Of a DNA stretch of 64,000 nucleotides, positions 47,088 through 59,100 are shown piece after piece. Position 1 is the first letter of the stretch. Each line of letters starts with the position of its first letter. The DNA comes from Cyanophora paradoxa CCMP329 (taxonomy: Eukaryota > Plantae > Glaucophyta), in the NCBI GenBank assembly GCA_004431415.1, contig QPMI01000261.1, positions 54,827 to 118,826 of the forward strand. Direction: 5' to 3'. Made by a program: the position numbers and the translations under genes. The notes beneath the pieces were generated by a model. It did no database searches. It had not been told where the DNA came from and saw only the letters and a list, made by a program, of their open reading frames with translations.

Positions 47088-50000
47088 TGGAGCGGCACAG
47101 TCCAGCATATTTAGAAGCGTGCTGCACGCAGCCCGCACAGTGCAGCACACGGCTCCCGCAGGGGGGGGCGCGCGGCGCTCAGCTGCGCGTCCAGCGCAGC
47201 ATCTGGCCGTGGGCTGCTCTGGCAGCTTTGATGCTGCTGGCGGCTGAATGCATACAGGCGGGCCCGATGGACCCAGCAGCGAGCTCGCTCTCGTGCGAGA
47301 CGAATGCGTTTCTCGTGGGTGAGGACTTCTTGTGCACAGTCATCGCACGTGACGCCGCCGGCGGGCCGGCCAGTGTCCCCCTGGAGTACCTCTCGGTGCA
47401 GCCCCCCGCGCGCCCGGCACCCGCCCTGCCCCCGCTGAGCGAGCAGCGCATCAGGGGTCGTGGAGTTACGTGTGTCCAGCGTCGCCGCCGGACGGGCCAT
47501 GCCCGAATTTTGCAGTGGAGGTGCGCTCTCCTCGGTCCATGGCGGAGGCGGCGGCGGCGACGGCCGTGGCGGCGGGCCCCGGCAAGAACGAGACGCGGCA
47601 GACGTGGAAGTTTAAGGCGGTGCGCAGCAGGGCGGGGTGGGGCGGGGCGGGGCGAAGCGTGACCCCGTCGGCAGGTCTACTCCTTCCGCTTCTCCATGAC
47701 CCTCACCCTCCGCCGCGTGCCCTTCAAGGCCCGCCGGCCCCCCCCACGGGGCCCCCTCTCGGCTGAGAGGGGCGCAGGGGAGCCCCTCGGAGACGCTCAC
47801 GGCGTACGCGATGCCCGACGAGACCTCCTCCTGGTGCCCCCGCCACGCCCCCGCGCCCCGCCGGCGCCCGGCCGCGAGCCCTGCGCGCAGGGCCTGCCCC
47901 GAGACGGCCGTGCGCGCCCGCGGGAGGACCATCGCGTGCACCCTCACCCTCCGGTGCCCCGCCCCGCCCCGCCCGGCCCGGCGCGGGGGCAGGCGTGCGA
48001 GGGGGCGGCAGGCGGCGGGTGACGGGGGGCGCGGAGGCTGTGTTCGCCCCCGAGGAGGCCCTCGGGGTCTCCCTCTCGGAGCCGGCGCTGGGGGAGCTCG
48101 CGGTGGAGCACGCGGCGGGGTACGCGCGCTCGCTGGTGGCGCGCTTCACGTCGGGCAACGCGACGGGGGTGACCCTGCTGCTCGCGGCGCTCGACGGGCT
48201 CGAGCTCCCCGCCCCGCCCCGCCTCGTCGTCTACGAGCTCGCCGACGCCAGCAGCTCCCTCGACGGCCCCCGCGGGCCCCTCCCCCGCCTCCTCAACGCC
48301 TCCGCCGCCCCTTTCCTCCTCCTCGCGGGGGGCGCCCCCCTCGCCCTCACCCTCCGGCCCCGCCGCGACGGCCGCCCCGTCATCGGTGGCGCCGCGCAGT
48401 TCGACCTGCGCCTCACAAGCGATCTCGCCGAGGCGGCCATCGCCCCCGCGGCCCGGCGCCCACCCGGCGCCCGGCGAGCCCGATGCCGGGGGGGCGTGGC
48501 GGCGGCGGCGGCTGCGGTGGAGCTGCCCGTGGTGGTGCGGGGCCGCGCGAGCGGCTGGAGCGTGCTGACGCTGGGCCTCGGGAGGCGCCGGTGGCGGGCC
48601 CGCTCGCCTCGGCGGCGCTGCTGGTGCACGAGCGCCCCGACGGGACCTCCTCCCTGCGCTGCTCCTCCCAGCTGCTGCAGCCGGCGACGGCGGCCGCCGC
48701 CACGTGCACCTTCGAGGCGCGACGCGCGGGGGAGCCGATCCTCGCCGATGTCGCCGCCCTCGCCCTCTCCCTCGCCCCCGCCACCGCCGCCTTCGCGGGG
48801 CCCCTCCAGCCGGCCCCGCTCCCCGCCTGGGCCGGCGAGCCCCTCAGCCCCCCCGCCAGCATCGCCGAGCGGGCGAGCTTCGCGGTGGGGACGCTGGAGG
48901 CGTCGGGGGCGGCGCGGGTGCGGGTGGAGGCGGGGGGCCGCCTCCTCGCCGAGCTCCTCCTCGTCGTCCTCGGCGCCCCCGACGCGACCTCCTCCGTCGC
49001 CCCCGCCGCCCTCGCCCTCCGCGCCGGCGGCGCCGCCTCGGCGACGCTCACGCCGCGCCGCGCCGGCGCCGCCGTCTTCGCCGCCCCGGCGCCTTCGCGG
49101 TGGCGGCGTCGGGGTCGCTGGCGGGGGCGTGGCGGCGCTGGTGCCGCTGGAGGCGGCGGGGCTCGCGGCGGGGGCCTCGGATGCCCTCGCCCTCACCTTC
49201 CGCGCCCCGCCGGGGGCCGCGCAGGGCGCCATCGCCCTCTCCCTCGCGGGGGCCCCCGCCCCCTTCGCCTCCCTCCCCATCACCGTCTACGACGCCCCCG
49301 ACGCCACCTCCTCGTTCGGGGCCAACTGCGGCGGCGGCTCGGGGACGGCGGCCTTCCCCCCGGCGCTCTGCGTGCCCCGCTCCGCCCTCGCCTTCCGCGT
49401 CGCCTTCACGCCCCGCGTGCGCCCGCCCCGCCCCCCGCTCCGCCCCCGCTCACCGCCCCGCAGCGCGCCGGCGCCCCGGTGCTCGCCTCCGCCGAGGACC
49501 TGCTCTTCGCCTGGCGGCCCCTCGGCGGCCTCGCCCCCGCCCAGCCCGACGCCGCCCCTACTGGGCCGCCGCCCTCGCCGGCCCGCCCCCGGCGCCCTCG
49601 CCGCGAGCTTCGAGGCGGCCGCCGTGCTGGCCCCCGCGCGGGAGCCGCTGCCGCCCGCCAACGCCTCCCTCCTCGACCCCGCCCCCGCCGGGCCCTCGGG
49701 CCCCGCCCCGGCGGCCTGCTCTACGCCGCGCTGCGCGGGGGCGGGGCGCCGCTGGCGGCGCTCCGGGTCTTCGTGACGGAGCCGCCTGATGCGACCTCGC
49801 GCCTCGTCGCCGTCTGCAACGGCTCCTGCGAGGCCCCGCCGGCCGCCTCATCCTCTTCCTCGCCCTCCTCCCGCGCTCCCGCAACGCCTCGGCCCTCGTC
49901 AACGGCCCGCCGCCCCGCCCCGCCCGCCCCGCGGGGCCGCGCTGACGGGGCCGGGCCGGCAGGCGCCGACCTCGTGCTGGCCTACTCGGGGTGCGCGCCC

Positions 50001-51227
50001 GCCCCGCCCCGCCCCGCCCCGCCCCCGCCCCGCCGACCCTCGCGCAGGAGCTCGAGGTGGAGTCGGTGTCTGGGCTCTCGGGCTTCGTGGCCTCCTCCTT
50101 CTTCGCGACAATCGCGCTCCGCGCGCGCGCCGCGCAGGCCCGCCGCCCCCTCGCCGCCGCTCGAGGCGCACTCGCCCTCGCCGCCCGCCCCTGCGAAGCC
50201 TGCTCCCCGGGGCCCCGCTGGCGGTGGCGGCGCCCCTCTCGGCCGCCGAGTTCGCTGCGGGGCTCGCGGCGGGGCCGAGAACCCCTTCGCCGGCGCCCCG
50301 CTCTCCAACCCCGTCACCAACCCCCGCCTCCCCGCCCCCCTGCCGAGGCCCGAGGCCCGGGGCGCCGCGGGGGGCGGCGGCGGGGGCGGGGGCGGGGGCG
50401 GGGACGGGAGCACGAGCACAATCATCGTGGGGGCGGTGCTGGGCGGGGCGCTGGTGGCGGTGGTGGCGGTGGGTGCGGTAGCGTACCGGCGGGTGCGGGG
50501 CCGGAAGACGCGGACGCTGGTGCAGGTCGTGCAGGTGCACCCCGCCACCGAGCCCGTCTACGGCACCCCCGTCGGTCCGCCCCCGCCCCGCCCCAGCCAG
50601 CGCCCCCGCCCTCGAGCGCCGCGGCAGACGAGCTGGCGCCGCGGGGCCCGCACCCCGTGCTGGCGACGGCCGTCGAGGGGCCCCCGCCGGGCCACGACGA
50701 CTTCGTGGAGCCCTTCGTCGGGGCCCCCGCGCGCGCCCCAGCGGCCCCCCCGGCCCCTCCGCCGCCACGCGCGTCGTGCCCTCTTCATGATGCACGCCCG
50801 CCGCCCCCGCCTTGCCCCTCCGCGCTCCCTGAAGGGGGGCGGCGCAGGGCGGCGGGGCGCGGGGCCGGGGGCGCGGGGAGGCGCTAGGGGCGCTGCAGGA
50901 CCTGCAGGACGTGTACGGGGCCGGCGAGGTCGTGCAGCACCCGCCCCTCCAGCACGGCGTCGGCATCCGCGAGTACGCCCCGCCCCCGCGCCCAGCCCCG
51001 GACCCCGCCCCGGCCCCCGCCCCGCCCGCCCGCGCCCCTCTTCGCCCCCTCCGCCCCCCCTCCGCCTCCGCCGCGGGCACCCCGCGCCCCGCCCCGGCAT
51101 CAGCATCGCCCTCGAGCGGTGGGTGCCGCCGCCGGCGCCCCACCCGCCGCCGCCGCCGGGGGGCAGGCGGGACGCCGGCCGCGGGCAGACTCGCAGCGCC
51201 CTCTCCTTTCTCGGTCGCTTCGTGTAG
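47088..51227 (+). CDS. Large type I membrane protein with repeated Ig-like (PDxTSS) modules
   Basis: Signal WAALAALMLLAAECIQA; recurring PD[A/E/G]TSS motif; TM IIVGAVLGGALVAVVAVGAVAY followed by RRVRGRK. Confidence 0.7.
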
Positions 51228-51855
51228 GCCACTCGGCCATGGACAGCTCTCTACACGTCACCTGTCTTTCAGCCTGGCAGATCTAGAGTGAACCCCCGGG
51301 CCCGCGGGCTGCAGCTCAAGGCTGGAAAAAGGGTTCTTGTCAACTGCAGGCTGGTTGCCAAGTAGGCCCGGGCAATTGTGCACGGCATGAGACTGTAGAT
51401 CATCGGATCATCGGATCTCATGATCATGATCAGTCTCCGCCGGGCCGGGGCTCAATTGCACCGCCCAAAGCGCTAGCACGCGTACGTGCAGTCTCATTGA
51501 TCAGGGCTCATTCTCTGCAGGCTGCATGTGGCACGCCGTGACGTGCACAATATATACTAGCAGACCGCGCCCGGCCCTGTGGAAGTGCGGCAAGTGCGGG
51601 CCGCGCGCGGAGGTGCAAGGGGGGGTACTTTTACACATTGCAGGGTACTTGGGGGGGGGGGGGGGGGGGGGGGGGGGCGGGGGCCCGGGGCCGGGGGCAG
51701 AGAGGCAATTGCAAGGCGGGCGGCCGGGAGAGGGGGGCGGGGTGGCGAGGCGGGCGGGTGGGGTGGCCCAGTGGCGGGGCGGACGGATGGGGTGGCGAGG
51801 CGGGCGGCGGCAGCAGGCTGGCGGGCAGGCGAGGCCTAGGGCGGCGGCGGGCGGG

Positions 51856-52335
51856 GAAACGGGCGGAGCGGCAGGTGGCGCCTGACCCTGCGCATATATA
51901 GCCTGCACATACGTAGAGCCGAGGCGTCAGCTCGCCCCGGACAGCGGCCGTGCGGGGGCGGGGCCCGGCGGCGGCCGGGCCAGGCGAGCAGCAGCAGCGG
52001 CGGGGTGAACCTGGAGTCGACGAAGCTGAAGCAGCCGGAGGGGCGGCGGGCGAGGAAGCGGGCTAAGCGGCAGGTGGCGCCGGGCCCTGCGCATAGCCTG
52101 CGCAGAGCCGAGGCGTCAGCTCGCCCCGGAGAGCCGCGGCGCGGAGGCGAGGCCCAGCGGCGGCGGCCGCGTAAGGTGCGCAGCAGCAGCGGCGGGGCGA
52201 ACCTGGAGTCGACGAAGCTGAAGCAGCCGGCGGGGCGGTGGGCGAGGAAGCGGGCGGAGCGGCAGGTGGCGCCGGGCCCTGCGCATAGCCTGCGCGCGCA
52301 GAGCCGAGGCGTCAGCTCGCCCCGGACAGCCGCGG
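51856..52335. repeat. Degenerate tandem repeat, about 2.5 copies of a 190-197 bp unit
   Basis: GAGCCGAGGCGTCAGCTCGCCCCGGA recurs near 51917, 52106 and 52301; AACCTGGAGTCGACGAAGCTGAAGCAGCCGG occurs twice. Confidence 0.9.
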
Positions 52336-54179
52336 CGAGGGGGCGGGGCCTAGCCCGGCGCGGCGTACTAGGAGCAGCTGCGAATACTGCGACGCCGCCA
52401 CCCAGCAAGGTCAAGCCACGCATACGCGTGTGTGCGTGGGCGGGTCGACGTCAATACGTACGCGTGTGGGCGTGGGCGGGTCGACGTCGAAACTGCGCTT
52501 GAAGGGCGAGCAAACTGCTTCCCGCAGCGACTGCATTTGCCGCCGGGATGGACAGAGCTGATACTCATCTTCTTCTTCGTACGCGTGGGCGAAACGCCGC
52601 GGCGCCGGCCGCGCGGCCCGAGACCGCAGCTAGCGGGGCGCGCACCGGAACGCCGCGTAGCTATAGCGGGCGCCTACAGGTTGTCGCCTGCATGCGCAGT
52701 GCTTCCCGCAGCTAGTGCATTTGCCGCCGGGATGGCAGCCGCGCTGGTCATTGCAGGTCCCTGGACAGGACACTCATCTTCTTCTACGCCGCGCGCGGAA
52801 CCGAGCTCTCGCCCGCCGGCGCCGCACCGTGCCATGTGCAAAGCTGATGTTTCTTGTACCCAACAAAAACTCAAACTCGCAGGAGCTCTTTTTTCCGGCG
52901 CCCGGTACAACAGGTACTTGAGGCGGCCTAGCGCGCCACGCGCCACTTCTCGAGCCCGGGCATGTATGACAGAGTTTGTAGAGCGCATTGAGAGCATTCA
53001 GGAGCACGTGGTCTGGCGCATATAGCGATAGCAGGTGAGGCGCGACCTCGACATGTTTGCGCAGCCCCGCCCCTGCATTTTTTTCCGCCGCTCGCAGCGG
53101 CTACGATGCGATCCCACCTATACGAGAGCGCATGCAAAGAATCTCATCTTACAAAAAATGCTAACACAGAAAGTACGCCGCACCAATTCACCAGGGGAGC
53201 AAGGGAGGGGGTACCCCCCCTTGCAATAACACCGCCAAATTTAAAAGCACTGCGGCACCGTGGCATGCCGCAGTGCCGAAGAATTCAAATGATTTCGTGC
53301 CACGCCGTGACGGGCCGGGCCATGCATATGACCGTCGGACCGTTGGACGTGACGTGTCAGCGCCATGCCATGATGATCACGAACTCCGAGGCTCAGAACT
53401 CTCGGAAGCCCCGGGCCCGGAGAGCCTTGAACTTCGGAAAGTGACCGTCGGACTCAGTGACCGTGTGAGTGACCCGGTGACCCTTCGAATTCACTTCACT
53501 TCTCTGAAATGTGATCAACTTGGCAAGGGCCCGGCCCGGTCGACACAAGCTAGGCGGCAAGATTTGTAAAAAAAGACATAGCGTCACAGCGGACGCGGCT
53601 CGGGGGGTACTAGCAAAACCGAGAAGCACTAGCCACGGGTGGGAAGAGCTCGAGAGTGCATGGCGGCGAGCAACCAGCGCAAGCCGGAGCGAGCGCTCTT
53701 GGCAAACGTTGACCTGTCACTCAATCTCTTAACCTGCGCGACCGGCCAGCTGTTTCTGCCCGCTTCCCGGATCGACGACCGAAGTCTGGCCGAAGTCTTT
53801 CCGGCATCGGCACACGGCTCAACGATCTCTCTGGACGTAGTATAGCACTTTCGGGCGCTTCGCGCGCGCCCGGCGGCCCGGCAGCGCATCTCGGGCGCGG
53901 TAGCGAGGAGCGACTCTCGGATCTCTGGGCGCAGCTCGCCGGCAGGTGTCTTTCCTGCCTCCTCGATGCATATCCATCCGCTAGATATGACTTAAGCCGC
54001 CCGCGCAGCGTCTGCGTGCTGCGACGGAGGGGTGCCTCCCGGCGGCCCTCCTCCCGCGTCGGCAACGTGGCGCCGCTCACCCTGTATGCGTTTCGGGGCT
54101 CTATTATCGATGTGCGTACCTCTCCCGGCGGTCGTGGCTCGGTTCCGCTCACGGGAAGCGATCGCGCGCCGCAGATCAC

Positions 54180-54781
54180 TTTGCCCCCATCGCGTTTCGG
54201 TTGCACCTCGCTCTTCTTCGATGCCAGATGCCTCTAGCGGTACGGCCGCACTTCGACATGCATGTGTACTATCCGCGTGCAAGCTGTGACCCGCCGCCGC
54301 GCAGCCGGTGGCGCGCCCGGCCTCGCTGCGCCAAGGGGGGTGGTTCGCGGACCGCCGACCTTGAAACTGAGCCCCGCCGCCCGGAAGTGCGTGCTTCTCT
54401 TTCTCTATGTTAGATATGAACTATACGCGCTGCCTCCCGCCCAGGCGCTGCGCTTTGCGCCCGTAACTCTGCACCACCAGTTTGCCCCCATCGCGTTTCG
54501 GTTGCACCTCGCTCTGCTTCGATGCCAGATTCCTCTAGCGGTACGGCCGCACTTCGACATACATGTGTACTATCCGCGTGCAAGCTGTGACCCGCCGCCG
54601 CGCAGCCGGTGGCGCGCCCGGCCTCGCTGCGCCAAGGGGGGTGGTTCGCGGACCGCCGACCTTGAAACTCAGCCCCGCCGCCCGGAAGTGCGTGCTTCTC
54701 TTTCTCTATGTTAGATATGAACTATACGCGCTGCCTCCCGCCCAGGCGCTGCGCTGTGCAACCCTAACTCTGCACCACCAG
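54180..54781. repeat. Recent 301-bp tandem duplication
   Basis: 54180-54480 versus 54481-54781 differ by only a handful of substitutions; duplicated ORFs at 54262 and 54563. Confidence 0.95.
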
Positions 54782-56125
54782 ATAGAGACCTGCAGTCAGT
54801 TCACCACCACGGCGCCCACGGCGTGTCTAGGTGCGCTTTCACGGTATGAAACCACTTCATTGTCGACATAAGCTGGCTAAACTTCTGATATGCAGCGAGC
54901 GTCGCCGGGATGGCGAGGATGACCAACATGGCACCTCGGGAGACTTGCTACCCTGGTGCACTCGCCGGCCTCTTTTCGCTGTTTCTGGCTTCTCTAATCG
55001 ATGCGCACGTAGGCCGCTCGCTGTCGGTGGCGGCGGAAGCCCGCCGCTGGTCCTGCACCTTGGTGCCATCCGGAGCTGGCCGCATCTACTCCACTTCCGG
55101 AGCCGGCCGCCAGGAAAGCTGCGCTAGATCGACTAGATAGGAGATGAAATGCAATAGCTACAGACGCGATTGTGCCGCGCGTGCTTGGTTGTCGGGCTGC
55201 ATCACGTTTCTTGTTGGCATTTGAAATGGGATGCGGGTCGCGGGAATCCGCTCTGTAGCAATTGCATTACGCACGCCAACGGCACGCTAGCTGCGATGAA
55301 ACGGGAGCTAGCTGCACGGGAAGGGAGCGGGTGCGTTTGTATGGCGACCCTACTGTACCCCCCTATGACGTATGTCCGCGTCCGGACCATCTTGAAGCCT
55401 TGTGCGACGTCAGGCCTCGAGCTCATGATCAGATCAGGGCCTCAGGGGCCTCCGGGCCTGGCAGCACTTGTTCGAATTCTAGATCTGTGCAGTACTAGTA
55501 CTGTACATGTACATGTACATGTGCGGCTCCGAGGCTCGTCGAAGTCGACGTCGAGCCTCGGAGATCTAGAGAGACGTCGACGTCGACGTTGACCGTCGGA
55601 CCGTCGGACTAGTACTCCGCGCGCGGCCGGAACTTCGGGATCCGGTACCGTAGCCTAGTATACGTACTACGGTAGTACTACGCGCGCCGGCGCTCCGGCC
55701 GCGGCCCGGCCGCGCGGCCGCGCGCGGCGGGCCGTCGTCGTCGTATACGTATACCGTAGACTCCGTAGCTATAGTACGTGCGCCTTGTCTATCGATCGCG
55801 AGCCGCAGAGCTCCCGGAGTCCGGCACTGCTAGAAATTCAGTGATCGTGAGAGCTCCACCACGCGCTTAGCGGATCCGGATCGTCAGCGCAAGAGCTCGA
55901 TCGTGAGCGCTAGCTATGGCTGAGCTCCAGCGCTAGCGCTAGCGCCGTGCGAGAACGACAACATTTGATCGCAGACCGGGGAGGAAGTCTGGCTGGGGTA
56001 TAGGTTTGCACTCTGCAACGGGCCGCGACCTCTCGCTTTCGACTAGCCTCGTGCGAGGCTTCTACAGATAGAAAGCTCGTGCGAACGGGATCACTGCGAA
56101 CGGGATCCGAGGCTCTCGTGGCTCG

Positions 56126-59100
56126 ATGGCGGGCCCGGAGCAGAGCGTGATCCTCGAGGAGGAGATAGACGAGAACTATGAACCGACGCAAGATGGCGCG
56201 TGCCCCGCTCCTCCCCTCCCTCGGCAGCTGATCCGGCGACGTGCAGAGATTCTCGAGTACGCCAAGTGGCTCGGCATGGACGCTGATGATGATAGGGATC
56301 TGTTCTGGATCGCACGGGAGGGCCTGAAGGCGCCGCTCCCTGAGAACTGGAAACCCTGGTGCGGTTGGTCTCTCGATCTGCTAGCTACCGGAGCTCCTGC
56401 GGCCCATACGCCATGGCGTCGATAAAAGTTGCTGAGGCTGCTGCGCGTCGCAGCAAGACGAGCGACGGCGAGATCTACTACTTCAACTTCGCAACCGGCG
56501 ACAGTGTGTGGGACCACCCGTGCGACGAGTACTACCGGAACCTCTATCAGGAGGAGAAGAAGAAGAAAGCCAACAGAAAGGGGACGGGAAGCCAGGTTCG
56601 GCCCCTAGCGGCTGATCAAATCATTCGCCGCGCTGACCGTGCGCAGCAGGCAGCGCCGGCCAGCCAGCCGGCAAGAGAGCGGAAGAAGCGCGTTGGGACG
56701 CCGAACATGGTTCGCGGGGCGCTCGGGGGCGGGGCGTGCAGCGCGCGGGGGCGGACTGACCGACCGGTGCAGCCGGGCGCGCTGGCCGACCGCGACCGCG
56801 ACGAGCTGATCTCCCCCAAGGTCCTTCCTTTTTGCTTCCTTTCTGCAGGCGCCCCGAGCCTAAGGCGGCGCAGGGAGCGCCGGCGGCCGGCTCGGGGATC
56901 TCGCTTCTGAAGCCGCCGCTGGGCAAGCCGCCGCTGCTCTCGAAGAGCCCGGTGTCGGGCGGGCTGTCGCCGCTGGGCTCGTCGGGGAGCGCGGGGCGGC
57001 CGCCGCTGCCGAGCCCGGGGCTCTCCTCGTCGCCGACGGGGGCGGGCGGCGCGGGGAGCCGCTGGAAGGAGGAGCTTGACGAGGCCGAGAAGCGCGAGCG
57101 CGAGCGCCTCACCCGCGAGAGCAACGAGCGCCTCGACCGGTGCCGCCCCCCCGCGCGCCGCCCGGAGGTGACGGGCGGGGCTGAGGGGCGGGGCCGGCAG
57201 GCTGCGGGCGGAGGAACGGGAGCGGGGGGAGAAGATGGAGCGGGAGATGCAGGAGCGGCTGGACCAGCGGCGGCGGGCGTTGGAGGGGGAGCACACGGCG
57301 GAGCTGCAGCGGCACCGGCAGGAGATGGAGCGGCGCTTCGAGCGGGAGAAGGAGGACCTGGCGAAGACGCAGGAGCTGCTGCGCAAGACGCGGGAGGAGC
57401 TGCTCGAGCGGGAGAACAAGGAGCGGCGCGAGAAGCAGCTCAAGGAGTTCAGCGAGCGCGCCGCCCGCGAGCTCCAGCAGCTCGAGCAGGACCACGAGGC
57501 CAAGAAGGCCCGCCTCCGTCGCGAGCGCGAGGAGCAGGAGGCGCGCGACAAGGCCGATCACGAGCGCCGGCTCCAGGAGCTGCGCTCGGGGCAGGAGGGG
57601 AAGCTGCGGGGCGAGGAGGAGGCGCTGCTCCGCAAGGCCCGCGAGGAGATGCGCGCCCGCGTGGACGCGCAGGCGGCGCGCGAGGAGGCCGAGCTGCGGG
57701 CCGAGCAGCAGGAGCGGCTCGCGCGGGTGCGGGCCGAGCAGGAGAAGGGGGCGCACGAGGCGGCGGGGGAGCTGCGGGCGGAGCTCGTGCGGCAGGCGGA
57801 GGCGGAGGTGCAGCGCGAGCTCGAGGCCCGCCGCGCCAAGCTCCGCGCCGAGGCCGAGGAGGCCCTCGTGCGCGCGCCCCGCCCCGCGCCCGCCCCGCCT
57901 CCTCACGGCGCGCAGGCCCGCGAGGGGGCCCGCTCCCGCTCCGAGACCCTCGAGCGCATGGAGCGCGAGGAGCAGGAGCGGGTCAAGCGGGTGCGCCGCC
58001 CCCGCACCGCCTCTGCCGCTGCCTCACGCCGCCGGCAGGCCAAGGCCGAGGCGGACGCGGAGGTGCGGCGGGCGGAGGAGGAGTGCAGGCGCCGCGTCGA
58101 GGCGGCGGCCCGCGAGGCCGACGCCGAGATCGAGCGCGCCCGCGCCGAGGCCCGTCGCCGGGCCCAGGAGGAGGAAGGTGCGCGGGGCGCGGGGCGGCGC
58201 GTGGCGGGGGCCGAGGCGGCGAGGAGCAGGGCGGGCGCTGGAGGCGGAGCGGGCGGCGGCTGCGGAGCGGGTGCGGCGCAAGGCGGAGGAGGACGAGGCG
58301 GTGCTCGTCCGGTCCGCCCCGTGCGCCCCGCCCAGCGCGCCGCCCTCACCCCGCTCCCCAGCGACGCCGAGGCCCGCCTGCGCGAGCGGCGGCGGCGCCG
58401 CGAAGAGGAGGAGCGCGCGGAGGAGGCCGACTGGCAGCGGCGGCGCGAGGAGCGGCGCAAGCAGGCGGACGAGGAGGCGCGCGGGGCGGGGCGGGGCGGG
58501 GGCGGGGCGGGGGCGGGGCTGACGGGGCGGTAGGTGATGGCGGAGATGGAGGGGCCCTCGCCCAGCGCCGCGACGCCCTCGCCTCTGTGTGCCCCGCGCC
58601 CCGCCCGCCCCGCCCCCGTGCGCCGCCCGTGCGAGGGGATTCGTGCGCAGGCGCGGGGGCGCTGGAGGGGGAGGAGGCGGCGGTGCGGGGCCGGCAGGAG
58701 CGCGCTCGCCGGGCTGCCGAGGAGGCCGAGCGGGCCGAGGCCGAGGTCTGCACCTCGCCTGCGCCCCGCCCGCCAGCGCCCCGCCCACGCCCCGCAGGCT
58801 GCCCGCGCCGCTGCCCGCGCCGCCGAGCGAGAGGCGAAGCTGCGGGAGCAGGAGGCCGAGGTCGAGCGGCGGGAGCGGGAGCTGCGGGAGCGGCTCGCCG
58901 CCCTCGGCCGGCGACGGCCTCCGCGGCGGCCGACGCCGAGGCGGCAGAGCGGAGGGCGCGCGAGCGGCAGCGCGCCGCCGAGGCGGCCGAGCGCACCGCC
59001 TCCGAGCGCCAGCGCGCGGCGGAGGCGGCCCAGGCGCAGGCGACGGCCGCCGAGGCCGACGCCAAGCGCCGCTCCGCCTCCGCCCTCTCTGCGGCCAGCG

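Noticed and set aside
53005-53085. Possible tRNA or Pol III RNA before a T-run
   Set aside because: No cloverleaf or convincing B box (GTTCRA)
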